Part shown: piece by piece, positions 9,751-18,864 of the stretch | Position numbering within the stretch: position 1 is the stretch's first letter | Layout of the letters: every line of letters starts with the position of its first letter | Source: a virus | Lineage: Duplodnaviria; Caudoviricetes | IMG/VR virus record: IMGVR_UViG_3300044627_004059 | Location: 1-54,978 of that record | DNA: 54,978 nt | Strand: one strand, 5' to 3' | Notes under the pieces: generated by a model | Databases searched by the model: none | Told to the model about the DNA's origin: nothing | What the model saw: only the letters and a program-made list of their open reading frames with translations | Translations under genes and position numbers: made by a program

Positions 9751-10672
9751 AACAGTTTGCATAGTTGGATTAGGTATTGGTAAATTATACGTTTCGGCGT
9801 GTAAATATTACAATTGGGATGTAATTACTGTAGATCAAAACAAAGCATTGAACGCAGATTACTTAAATGTAGACGATATTCCAAAAGACGTTCATATTGA
9901 TTTAGCTGTTATATGTACTCCCAATTATACGCACGAACGAGTAGCACGGCAATTAGGTTCGAGATATGTAACCAATATTGTAGTAGAAAAACCTGGATTT
10001 CAACACGCCGGATCTTGGTTAGGATTTCAACAACAATATCCTAAGTCTCGGTTATGGATGGTTAAAAACAATCAATTTAGAACTTTATTTGCGGATTTGC
10101 AAGGCAAAGAAATTGAAAAGATACAATTGTTTTGGTTGAATAAAAATAGAATTCCAGGAGCAGGAAGCTGGTTTACAGATAAGTATAAATCGTATAGTGG
10201 AGTATCTAGAGACTTAATGCCGCACTTGTTAAGTGTAGCACAAAGAACTTTAGGACACCGCATTGCGACAGAAGAGTTTACGGCACAATGTTATCGACAA
10301 TATGATATGTCGCAACTACAAAATGATTCTACATATGGTAATTATGATGCAAACGGAATCTATGATGTAGACGATTGTGCGTATTTTAAAAGCAAAACAA
10401 ACAACGTCGATATTGAATGTTTTGCTAGTTGGAAATTAGATATCGATGTAGACATCGTAGAATGGAGATTCTTTATTAAAGGAGGTTCTAATTTAACATA
10501 TGGCGTTGGATTATGTCCAGAATCTGCATATGAAACCATGTTACACGAATATATGTATGCAGATGAAGCTACATATCAACAACATCAAAAATATGATGTG
10601 GAAATACATTCAATTATTGATCACTTTGTTGAATCGGAACAAGTTCCATTATTTGCTAAACTATCTATATGA
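9740..10672 (+). CDS. Gfo/Idh/MocA-family NAD(P)-dependent oxidoreductase
   Basis: IVGLGIG Rossmann motif, ICTPNYTH, VEKP, DLMPHL. Start placed at ATG 9740, overlapping the folE end. Confidence 0.85.
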   Translation: MADKTVCIVGLGIGKLYVSACKYYNWDVITVDQNKALNADYLNVDDIPKDVHIDLAVICTPNYTHERVARQLGSRYVTNIVVEKPGFQHAGSWLGFQQQYPKSRLWMVKNNQFRTLFADLQGKEIEKIQLFWLNKNRIPGAGSWFTDKYKSYSGVSRDLMPHLLSVAQRTLGHRIATEEFTAQCYRQYDMSQLQNDSTYGNYDANGIYDVDDCAYFKSKTNNVDIECFASWKLDIDVDIVEWRFFIKGGSNLTYGVGLCPESAYETMLHEYMYADEATYQQHQKYDVEIHSIIDHFVESEQVPLFAKLSI

Positions 10673-11565
10673 AAACACGAATATTGCATAGCTACGGAAA
10701 TCGAGAAATCGAAGAATATGATTTTGTTTTAGGCGAAATGTCTGCAAATCAAATGTTAATCGAATCCGTATATACCGGCATTTGTAGAAGTGACATAGAT
10801 CAATATACGGGAAAAATTGCAATACCGTTTGGCCATTTCGGACATGAATCTTTAGGACGAGTAGTTAAGGTTGGAAAAAACATAAAAGAATTCCACGTAG
10901 GAGACTTAGTTGCATCGCGATGCGATCCGGCATTTTCTAAATGGTTTTATGCAGATGAAGAAAATACAGTACATGTAGATTCTATTTCACCTAACAATAT
11001 CATTGAACCAATTGCATGTTCCGTTAACATAGCATTGCAAGTACTTAAAACGAAATCTAAAAAACAAAGAATTTTATTTGTAGGCACCGGATTTGTTTCT
11101 AACATTACCGCACAATACATAAAACAAGTAGCCCCGAATTTAGACGTTTACGTAATTGGTAGTCACAACAAAGAACAATGGAATCGTTTAGGTGCCAAAT
11201 TTGTTACGTTTGATGAAATAGATTTTAAGTTTAAAACGATTGTAGAATTAAGCGGTAAATCTGAAAATTACGAAAAAGTATTATCAGTAGCCGATGCGGA
11301 AGCTGTGATATGTTTAGCAGCATCCATGGATAAACCAGTTACTACCAATTTTTGGAATTCATTATGGCAAAATCATACATACATATTTCCATCTCCTAGA
11401 ACGTCAGATTTTAAACGAAGTATGCGTATTGCAGCTAATACCGAGTTTGATTTAGATTGGGTATGGACTCACGAATATGATGCTAAAGACTTTAAACGAG
11501 CTTTTGCAGAAACTGAAACGAGAACCGGAGAAGGTCCATTTATACGTAGTTATTTAAAATGGTAA
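10669..11565 (+). CDS. Medium-chain (zinc-type) alcohol/polyol dehydrogenase
   Basis: GICRSD, GHESLGRVVKVG, GDLV, EPIAC, VGTGFV. Confidence 0.85.
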   Translation: MKTRILHSYGNREIEEYDFVLGEMSANQMLIESVYTGICRSDIDQYTGKIAIPFGHFGHESLGRVVKVGKNIKEFHVGDLVASRCDPAFSKWFYADEENTVHVDSISPNNIIEPIACSVNIALQVLKTKSKKQRILFVGTGFVSNITAQYIKQVAPNLDVYVIGSHNKEQWNRLGAKFVTFDEIDFKFKTIVELSGKSENYEKVLSVADAEAVICLAASMDKPVTTNFWNSLWQNHTYIFPSPRTSDFKRSMRIAANTEFDLDWVWTHEYDAKDFKRAFAETETRTGEGPFIRSYLKW

Positions 11566-11566
11566 C

Positions 11567-11595
11567 TTGGAATTTTTTAATTATTTCTTTATATT
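11567..11595 (+). promoter_or_regulatory. Class 1 promoter-like motif (TTG-N20-TATATT) upstream of the hypothetical-queD-queE block
   Basis: Recurrent motif. Confidence 0.62.
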
Positions 11596-11606
11596 AAAAT
11601 AAAACG

Positions 11607-12026
11607 ATGTTTGGAGAAAAATACTTTTATGGCAAAGAAGTAGAAGGTCCGTTAGCGGATGTTGATACTTGCTTTGTTCGCACCGAAATTCCCGGTAATT
11701 TTAAAGCATATCCCCACGTATACATGTGTATTAGTTATGTTGATATACTGATAAAGGAAGCGGATTGGAATAAAATAAACGACATCTTAGACACCAAAGC
11801 GATAGTTACATTAGAAATAACTCCGGAGCAATACAAAAAGATTCCTCCTACGATATTTAATCGTTGCAAAGTAATGTTATCATTAGATTGTCCAGAATTA
11901 GAATTTTTAAAGCAAAATGACATTGTAAAGATAGTTACAAGACCTTTTACTACTTACAATGTAACGAAATGCAATATGCAAACGTCGACAGCAGATGATT
12001 ATAAATTTGATACTAAACAAGGATAA
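11607..12026 (+). CDS. Hypothetical protein in the deazaguanine gene block
   Basis: 139-aa ORF (FYGKEVEG...) with its own upstream promoter-like motif; no family recognised. Confidence 0.6.
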   Translation: MFGEKYFYGKEVEGPLADVDTCFVRTEIPGNFKAYPHVYMCISYVDILIKEADWNKINDILDTKAIVTLEITPEQYKKIPPTIFNRCKVMLSLDCPELEFLKQNDIVKIVTRPFTTYNVTKCNMQTSTADDYKFDTKQG

Positions 12027-12029
12027 TAT

Positions 12030-12170
12030 ATGGCTAAAAAAACAATTACATTTTGCACTGGAGTAGGATTGAACATGTTCTTTCCGGAATATGTTACAAT
12101 TGAAGTTCCTATTAAAACAGATACAGAAATTAAAAAACCTAAAAAATCAAAGAAAAATGGCAATATTTAA
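12030..12170 (+). CDS. Small hypothetical protein (46 aa, not in the ORF track)
   Basis: MAKKTITFCTGVGLNMFFPEYVTIEVPIKTDTEIKKPKKSKKNGNI fills the gap exactly, follows AAGGA and overlaps the queD start. Confidence 0.55.
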   Translation: MAKKTITFCTGVGLNMFFPEYVTIEVPIKTDTEIKKPKKSKKNGNI

Positions 12171-12621
12171 ATCAACAAAATTATTTGATGGATACTCAAC
12201 GTGTTTCCGTCAATGGCGAGCAGATGGTACGCATTGTCAGTATCTTCACGGATATGCTGTATCGTTTAGAGTATGGTTTGAAGGAGAATTAGATCATAGA
12301 AATTGGGTATGGGATTTTGGTGGTATGAAACGAGCAAAAACTAAAATACTTGGAATGTCTCCAAAAGACTATTTTGCTTGGTTGCTAGATCATACAACAG
12401 TTGTAGCTAGCGATGACCCATACTTGGAGAATTTTCATCAAATGAATGACAATGGTATCATACAATTACGCATACTTCCAGCAACGGGATGTGAAAAATT
12501 TGCAGAGCATTTGTACAAAATAATCAACAAATTTTTAAAAGAAGAAACCGAAGGCAGAGTTAGAGCTATTAAAGTAGAAGTATACGAACACGAAAGAAAT
12601 TCGGCAAGTTATGAAGAGTAA
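12157..12621 (+). CDS. queD: 6-carboxy-5,6,7,8-tetrahydropterin synthase (QueD/PTPS family)
   Basis: RQWRA...HCQYLHGY, WVWDFGG, LDHT, GCEKFA, EHERNSA. Start moved to ATG 12157. Confidence 0.85.
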   Translation: MAIFKSTKLFDGYSTCFRQWRADGTHCQYLHGYAVSFRVWFEGELDHRNWVWDFGGMKRAKTKILGMSPKDYFAWLLDHTTVVASDDPYLENFHQMNDNGIIQLRILPATGCEKFAEHLYKIINKFLKEETEGRVRAIKVEVYEHERNSASYEE

Positions 12622-12955
12622 TGAACAATACATGTCCTTATATGATTATCGAGGTATATCATCGCGAGAAACCGGATTAGGTCAAAAAGTCTATGAATCT
12701 GCTAAGAAAAAAGATGTTCATGTTATATACACCGATTTACCTCAGGAACGAGCAACGACAGAATATAATCGAGTAGCTACATATCCTAAATCGTTTTTAG
12801 ATGAATATTTTGGTAAAACTATTAATACTAATATGTCTATAAACGATGTATATTTACAACTAGTTGAATTGAAGAACCAGTTTGATCAATTAATTTCTAA
12901 TTTAGAATCCGATGCTGCCGATAACGTTGAGCAAGATGATGACTTACCATTTTAA
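12611..12955 (+). CDS. Hypothetical protein with coiled coil and SSB-like acidic tail (DDDLPF)
   Basis: 114-aa ORF; C-terminus EQDDDLPF. Confidence 0.6.
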   Translation: MKSNEQYMSLYDYRGISSRETGLGQKVYESAKKKDVHVIYTDLPQERATTEYNRVATYPKSFLDEYFGKTINTNMSINDVYLQLVELKNQFDQLISNLESDAADNVEQDDDLPF

Positions 12956-12962
12956 GGAATTT

Positions 12963-13739
12963 ATGAAACCAGGAAGAATTACAGACTACAACAAAGTCTT
13001 ACCAATTGTTGAATTATATAGATGTGTACAGAGTGAAGGTTCTCGCTTCGGAAGACCTACAATTGCGGTAAGAACTACCGGATGCACTCATCGATGCTAC
13101 TTTGGAGAAGGAGGATGGTGCGACTCTTGGTATACAAGCATTCATCCGGAAAAAGGAACATTTACATTTAATGATATTGTAGATATTTATAATAAAAATC
13201 CACATATCAAAGAAATGATGTTAACGGGAGGTTCTCCTACAATGCATCCCGCTTTGGTTAATGAGTTGACGCATTTTGCACATGAAAGAGGCATTCTTAT
13301 TACTATTGAAACTGAAGGTTCGCATTTTATTGAGACTGATTATCCTATTGGGGTTATCTCTCTTAGCCCTAAGTTTAGCAATAGCGTTCCCGTTGTGGGC
13401 ATTTCTACGCCACAAGGCACGATTACGGATGAAAAAATGGTTACGCAACATAATAAATTTAGGTTGAACTATGACGCAATTGAAAAAATGATTGCATATC
13501 ATGCAGATTATCATTATAAACCAGTATGGGATGGTTCTTTAGAAAATTTACATGAAATTGAAGAATTTCGAGTAAAGTTAAATATTCCAAAAGATAAAAC
13601 ATATGTAATGCCGGCGGGAGATACAAGAGAAGAATTAATTAAAATGTATCCGTTAGTATTTGAAATGTGCGCACAATTTGGATATAACATGACAGGACGA
13701 GATCATATCATTGCATTTGATACTAAACGAGGAGTATAA
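12963..13739 (+). CDS. queE: 7-carboxy-7-deazaguanine synthase (radical SAM)
   Basis: CVQSEG, RTTGCTHRC...WCDS, LTGGSP, IETEG, SLSPK. Start moved to ATG 12963 after AAGGA. Confidence 0.9.
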   Translation: MKPGRITDYNKVLPIVELYRCVQSEGSRFGRPTIAVRTTGCTHRCYFGEGGWCDSWYTSIHPEKGTFTFNDIVDIYNKNPHIKEMMLTGGSPTMHPALVNELTHFAHERGILITIETEGSHFIETDYPIGVISLSPKFSNSVPVVGISTPQGTITDEKMVTQHNKFRLNYDAIEKMIAYHADYHYKPVWDGSLENLHEIEEFRVKLNIPKDKTYVMPAGDTREELIKMYPLVFEMCAQFGYNMTGRDHIIAFDTKRGV

Positions 13740-13797
13740 TGAATTGGACAACGACAACGACATTTGGCAATTACGAAATTAAATACATTATAACAAA

Positions 13798-14046
13798 ATG
13801 AAACAAGTACTTTATTTTTCAGCAGAATGGTGCGGACCATGCAAAATGATAAAACCGCAAATGCAACAATTACAGTCTCAAATGACAATTACATTTATCG
13901 ATGCTGATACTAGTCCAGATACGTGTAGCAAATACAACGTAAGAAATGTTCCTACATTGTTGGTAATTAAAAATGGTATGGAAGCAGGTCGATTAGTAGG
14001 CACTGCAATAACCAAAGATGCAGTAATAAATTTGTATAATAAATAA
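13798..14046 (+). CDS. trxA: Thioredoxin
   Basis: WCGPC active site and VPT cis-Pro motif. Confidence 0.92.
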   Translation: MKQVLYFSAEWCGPCKMIKPQMQQLQSQMTITFIDADTSPDTCSKYNVRNVPTLLVIKNGMEAGRLVGTAITKDAVINLYNK

Positions 14047-14058
14047 AAGGAATAAGTT

Positions 14059-14358
14059 ATGAATTGGAAACCAATTGGAGATCAAGTACTCCTTAAAGAA
14101 CTAGAAAAACAAGAAAAAACTAAAAGTGGTATCATCATGATGGCAGGTATGGATGAATACATTGAATGCGATGTGATGGCAGTAGGCGATGGGTTGTTTA
14201 CTCAAACTGGTAATAAAATACCAATGACAGTAAAAGTAGGAGACCGAGTAAAAATCTATTCCGGAAATTTAGGTTCGCAAAAGAAAGTACAATTAGAGTC
14301 CGACGAATTTGTTTTAGTTCGTGAACATGAAATTGCAATGATAAATACGCGTCCATGA
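14059..14358 (+). CDS. groES: Co-chaperonin GroES
   Basis: KPIGDQVL, KTKSGII, VMAVGDG, VKVGDRV, VREHEI. Confidence 0.9.
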   Translation: MNWKPIGDQVLLKELEKQEKTKSGIIMMAGMDEYIECDVMAVGDGLFTQTGNKIPMTVKVGDRVKIYSGNLGSQKKVQLESDEFVLVREHEIAMINTRP

Positions 14359-14591
14359 TTGAGACGTTAGGATGGGTCTGTACGGCATTGGTATTGATTG
14401 GTTTCATTGTCAATGCCAACGGACGTTTTCTTCCAGCATTAATTTGGTGGATTGTAGGCGATATTGGTTGGATTATATATGATATTTACATACATAATAT
14501 TAGCCATATGGTTTTAGGATTAGTTATAATAGCAATAAATAGTTACGGTATCATACGATACTATAAAAATAAACGATGTATCAAGCAATAA
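14355..14591 (+). CDS. Small membrane protein (about 3 TM helices)
   Basis: Hydrophobic 78-aa ORF overlapping both neighbours. Confidence 0.6.
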   Translation: MIETLGWVCTALVLIGFIVNANGRFLPALIWWIVGDIGWIIYDIYIHNISHMVLGLVIIAINSYGIIRYYKNKRCIKQ

Positions 14592-17080
14592 ATTACGATA
14601 AAAAAACAGGCACGATGCACGTCTGGGATGATGAAATTGGGCATCAAAAGTTTGCATTTAAACCATATGCATTTTTACCAGACGATAACGGTCAATATCA
14701 ATCATTAGATGGAACTAAACTCTCTAAAGTTTCAGGAAATCATAAAGACAATTCAAAAGCATTTGAATCGGATTTAAATGAAGAAGTTCGAACGCTTATT
14801 GATTTGTATTACGATTCAGATTTAGTTTCAAAAGGACATCGCGATTTCTTTTTTGATATTGAAACGGAACGAGATGAAAACGGATATTCTACTGCTGAAG
14901 AAGCACGTGCACGTATAACATCGATTGCATATTTCGATAAAGCCGGTAAAAGAAAAGGCGTATTGCTATTAGACGAAGAACGCAGACTTACACAAAAAAT
15001 ATCAGTTGATAATGTAGAAGTATTTGACAATGAGTCGAACATGTTAACTCGATTTATTAATTTATTTGCAGAAATACAACCTACCGTTATAACGGGATGG
15101 AATACGGATAATTACGATATTCCGTACATGGTTAATCGCATTAAAAAATTATTAGGATCTGGTGCTGTTAAAAAACTATCTCCTGCAGGTATTGTAGAAT
15201 GGAATAAACATCGAGAACGATACAAAATATTTGGAGTATCTAGTTTAGATTATTTAACATTATACAAGAAATTTACATATACAGAACTTGCAAATTATCG
15301 TTTAGATACGGTTGCTAAAAAAGAATTGGGTCGAGGTAAAGTTGAATACGAAGGAGATTTAAATTATTTGTTTGCAACTGACATTGAAAAATTCGTAGAA
15401 TATAACATGACCGACGTTGATTTGGTTTATGAATTAGACGAAAAGTTACAAATGCTTAATCTTGCAAGAACTATATGCCATAAAGGACACGTTCCGTATG
15501 AAGATGTATATTATGCATCTAAATACTTGGATGGTGCTGCTATTGTAGATTTAAAACGTAAAGGATTGGTTGCTCCACCTAAAGCATTTAGATTTGTTGA
15601 AGATGAATCAATCGAAGATTTAGCAGGTGCATATGTAATGGCTCCCGTTCCTGGATTGTATAAATGGATATATGACTTAGATTTAACTTCTCTGTATCCA
15701 AGCATCATCATGACATTAAATATATCTCCGGAAACTAAAGTAGGAGTAATAGAAAAATGGAATCAAGAAGTATTGTTAAAGCCAGAACCGCAACAAGTTA
15801 AATTTACAGATGGAACGTTTGTACAAAACGTTAAACAATGGTTAACCGATAATAAATATACAGTAGCTAGTAACGGTACAGTGTATCGAACCGATATTAA
15901 AGGATTTTTACCGGCAATATTAGAAACATGGTTTGATGAACGCGTTACATATAAAAATAAACGCGATGAATATGAAGTTGGTTCTGAAGATTATAAATTT
16001 TACGATGCATTACAAAATACACAAAAAGTATTGCTTAATTCATTTTATGGAGTATTAGGATTAAAAACGTTTCGTTTTCACGATTTAGATAACGCAGGTG
16101 CTATTACGGCAACTGGACAAAATGTTATTAAATTTTCACAACGAGTAATCAATTCGTATTATACTAAAGAAATTGGTAAGTCGCATTTTATTAATGCAAC
16201 CGGAGGACAAGCAGAATTTGCATTTTATACAGATACAGATTCCGCATTTATTTCGGCTCTTCCTTTGATACAACATAGATATCCGAATTGCGATGAATCC
16301 GATGAAAAGTTCATGGTAGATAAAACCAATGAAATTGCATCCGAAATACAACGTCATGTAAATCGTATGTATGATCAATATGCTTTGGCATTTCATAACA
16401 CCGCAACACATCGTTGGCAAATTAAACAAGAATATGTTGCAAAATCTGGTTTATGGATTGCCAAGAAACGATATGCACAATGGGTAATTTACAAAGAAGG
16501 AAAACCTACGGATAAATTAGATATAAAAGGTTTAGATGTAGTTCGTTCATCATTTCCAGAAGATTTCAAAATGATAATGAAAGAAACACTTTGGCATATT
16601 CTTAAAGAAAAAGATAAAACAGAAACATCGAATATGATTCATGCATTTAAAAAACAAATACAATCTTCCGATGTATTAAATGTAATGAAAAACTCCGGAG
16701 TAAAAGAAATATCAAAATTCATAAAAGGACGAAAGCCATTCACCGGATATCTTAAAGGAACTCCCGCACATGTTAAGGCTGCAATTAATTTTAACGATTT
16801 CTTGCATATGTACGAAGTTAAAGATGTAACTGCTATACAAAATGGAGAAAAGGTGAAATGGGCATATTTAGCAGATAATCCATATGGAATGGATACGATG
16901 GCACTTCGAGGATATCAAGATCCTAAACCTATCATAGAATTTGTAGAACAATACATAGACAGAAATAAAATCTTTGAAAAAGAATTGAAAAATAAATTGG
17001 ATGATTTTTATGCGGCTATGAATTGGGGCGCATTTCCAGAAAATAATTCAGTTGCAAAGTTTTTTAGTTTTGGAAAATAA
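14576..17080 (+). CDS. Family B DNA polymerase (T4 gp43-like)
   Basis: Exo I FDIET, Exo II GWNTDNYDIPY, DLTSLYPSI, KVLLNSFYG, YTDTDS, KKRY. Confidence 0.96.
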   Translation: MYQAINYDKKTGTMHVWDDEIGHQKFAFKPYAFLPDDNGQYQSLDGTKLSKVSGNHKDNSKAFESDLNEEVRTLIDLYYDSDLVSKGHRDFFFDIETERDENGYSTAEEARARITSIAYFDKAGKRKGVLLLDEERRLTQKISVDNVEVFDNESNMLTRFINLFAEIQPTVITGWNTDNYDIPYMVNRIKKLLGSGAVKKLSPAGIVEWNKHRERYKIFGVSSLDYLTLYKKFTYTELANYRLDTVAKKELGRGKVEYEGDLNYLFATDIEKFVEYNMTDVDLVYELDEKLQMLNLARTICHKGHVPYEDVYYASKYLDGAAIVDLKRKGLVAPPKAFRFVEDESIEDLAGAYVMAPVPGLYKWIYDLDLTSLYPSIIMTLNISPETKVGVIEKWNQEVLLKPEPQQVKFTDGTFVQNVKQWLTDNKYTVASNGTVYRTDIKGFLPAILETWFDERVTYKNKRDEYEVGSEDYKFYDALQNTQKVLLNSFYGVLGLKTFRFHDLDNAGAITATGQNVIKFSQRVINSYYTKEIGKSHFINATGGQAEFAFYTDTDSAFISALPLIQHRYPNCDESDEKFMVDKTNEIASEIQRHVNRMYDQYALAFHNTATHRWQIKQEYVAKSGLWIAKKRYAQWVIYKEGKPTDKLDIKGLDVVRSSFPEDFKMIMKETLWHILKEKDKTETSNMIHAFKKQIQSSDVLNVMKNSGVKEISKFIKGRKPFTGYLKGTPAHVKAAINFNDFLHMYEVKDVTAIQNGEKVKWAYLADNPYGMDTMALRGYQDPKPIIEFVEQYIDRNKIFEKELKNKLDDFYAAMNWGAFPENNSVAKFFSFGK

Positions 17081-17098
17081 GATTTATTTTCTTATATT
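17070..17098 (+). promoter_or_regulatory. Class 1 promoter-like motif (TTG-N20-TATATT) upstream of the cytidylyltransferase-dpdL-GT-dpdA block
   Basis: Recurrent motif; ATG lies 5 nt downstream. Confidence 0.62.
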
Positions 17099-17103
17099 AT
17101 AGT

Positions 17104-17517
17104 ATGAAACAAGGAGTTATAGCTGGCAATTTTGATGTAATACATCCGGGTTATATTAAAATGTTTAAAGAATGTAAAGAAAATTGCGACGATCTTGTAG
17201 TATTATTACATACCGATCCGACAATAGAACGACCGGAAAAATGTAAACCTATTTTATCCGTTGAAGAACGGCAAGAAATGTTATTTGAATTAGGTATTTC
17301 GGCAGTTATTCCATACACATATGAAAATGAATTATATGAATTACTTAAACATGGAAATTACGATGTTAGATTCTTAGGAGACGATTATATAGGAAAGTCG
17401 TTTACAGGGGATGATTTAGATATTCCAATACATTACTTAAATAGAGACCACGGTTGGTCTACAACTAAATTTAAAAAGTTAATAGCAGATGAAGTACAGC
17501 GTAGTAGTAACATTTAG
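17104..17517 (+). CDS. Cytidylyltransferase-family nucleotidyltransferase (TagD / RfaE domain II-like)
   Basis: GNFDVIHPGY (HxGH-like), KPILSVEER, LGDDY, RDHGWSTT. Confidence 0.85.
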   Translation: MKQGVIAGNFDVIHPGYIKMFKECKENCDDLVVLLHTDPTIERPEKCKPILSVEERQEMLFELGISAVIPYTYENELYELLKHGNYDVRFLGDDYIGKSFTGDDLDIPIHYLNRDHGWSTTKFKKLIADEVQRSSNI

Positions 17518-17839
17518 TATCGAAGGGTTTCATTGTTGGCCAGATGCCAAAGATGTATTTCCAGAAGTAGCATTTTTATCATACAGGCATCGGCATATGT
17601 TTGGATTTCGATGTTATGCATCCGTAACACATACAGATCGCGATGAGGAATTTATCTTGTTGAATCGCAAAATACAAAAAGCATTGCGAATTGGGTTTAC
17701 ATCTCCAATAACTAATGTATTAGAATTTGATTCAATGTCATGTGAAATGATCGGAGAATGGTTGTTAAATGAATTTCCTGCATTATACAAAGTTGAAGTT
17801 TGGGAAGATTGGGAAAATGGAGCAATTGTAGAAAAATGA
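17489..17839 (+). CDS. QueD-paralogous T-fold protein, probable CDG decarboxylase (DpdL-like)
   Basis: FHCWP...LSYRHRHMF matches the LxxxHRHxF motif I recall for DpdL; also DRDEEFI, SCEMI, EDWENGA. Lies two genes upstream of the TGT-fold gene. Confidence 0.7.
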   Translation: MKYSVVVTFSIEGFHCWPDAKDVFPEVAFLSYRHRHMFGFRCYASVTHTDRDEEFILLNRKIQKALRIGFTSPITNVLEFDSMSCEMIGEWLLNEFPALYKVEVWEDWENGAIVEK

Positions 17840-18864
17840 AAATATTTTTAGTAGACATAGAATCGGTACCGACTCGTTATACTTGCGAATGGAAAACTCA
17901 TGTACCACAATTGCTTCGCAATAACGGATTTGATGTTGTAGTTGTAGAAGGAGATAATTCAATTCCGGAAGCAACAACTCCAGGAGCCTTTTTAAACTTT
18001 GGCGGTACTAATATGTATAAAGCAACGCAAGTACATCAATTATCGGAAATGTTTACCAAAGGCGAAATTGAAGCAGGCGATCATATTATTTTTACAGATG
18101 CTTGGCATCCAGGCATTATCAATGTAAAATACATGAGTGAACTCCTAAATATTCCCGTTGTACTGCATGGACTTTGGCACGCGGGTTCATATGACCCGTA
18201 TGACTTTTTAGGGCGTCTCGTGGGAAGTAAACCATGGATTCGCCATGCTGAAACATCGATGATGGAATGTTATAACTACAATTGGATAGCAACTCGAGCA
18301 CATTATGACTTAATCGATAAAACGTATGATGTTATATTTGATACGAGATGGCATAGAACCGGTTGGCCAATGGAATATACAAAAGATTTAATTGCACCGA
18401 AACTTTGGACTCTTAAAGAAAACATTATAGTATTTCCACACCGAATTGCTCCAGAGAAGCGTTTAGATTTATTTCAAAGATTAGCAAAGCATCCAGATTT
18501 GCAACATTATCAATTTTGTGTTGCTATGGAAATGAATTTAAACAAACAAGAATATCATGAATTGCTTCAGCGAGCTAAATTTGCAGTATCATTTGCAGAT
18601 CAAGAAACATTGGGAATATCAATGTATGAGTCAGCGTGTGCAGGAGCATGTCCCATAGTTCCTAATCGGTTATCATATACGGAAATGTATGATCCGATGT
18701 TTAAGAGAGCTGACAGCGTTGCTAGTGCAGCAAATGCAATATTAGAATACGAAGACCAAGCAATGGATCAACCAATAGCACAATTGGTCGAAACATTACA
18801 TGAAAACTTTTTTTCAGCAACACAATTAATTAATAAACTAAAGGAATACGATGAGCGAAGCTAA
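17836..18864 (+). CDS. GT-B fold (GT4-like) glycosyltransferase
   Basis: FPHRIAPEKR and QETLGISMYES (Ex7E) signature. Start moved to ATG 17836 (ATGA overlap with the upstream stop). Confidence 0.85.
   Translation: MKIFLVDIESVPTRYTCEWKTHVPQLLRNNGFDVVVVEGDNSIPEATTPGAFLNFGGTNMYKATQVHQLSEMFTKGEIEAGDHIIFTDAWHPGIINVKYMSELLNIPVVLHGLWHAGSYDPYDFLGRLVGSKPWIRHAETSMMECYNYNWIATRAHYDLIDKTYDVIFDTRWHRTGWPMEYTKDLIAPKLWTLKENIIVFPHRIAPEKRLDLFQRLAKHPDLQHYQFCVAMEMNLNKQEYHELLQRAKFAVSFADQETLGISMYESACAGACPIVPNRLSYTEMYDPMFKRADSVASAANAILEYEDQAMDQPIAQLVETLHENFFSATQLINKLKEYDERS

Noticed and set aside
3219-17080. Inteins or introns in RecA, helicase, RNR or PolB
   Set aside because: Lengths are normal, motifs are contiguous, and no intein splice-junction or LAGLIDADG signatures were seen.
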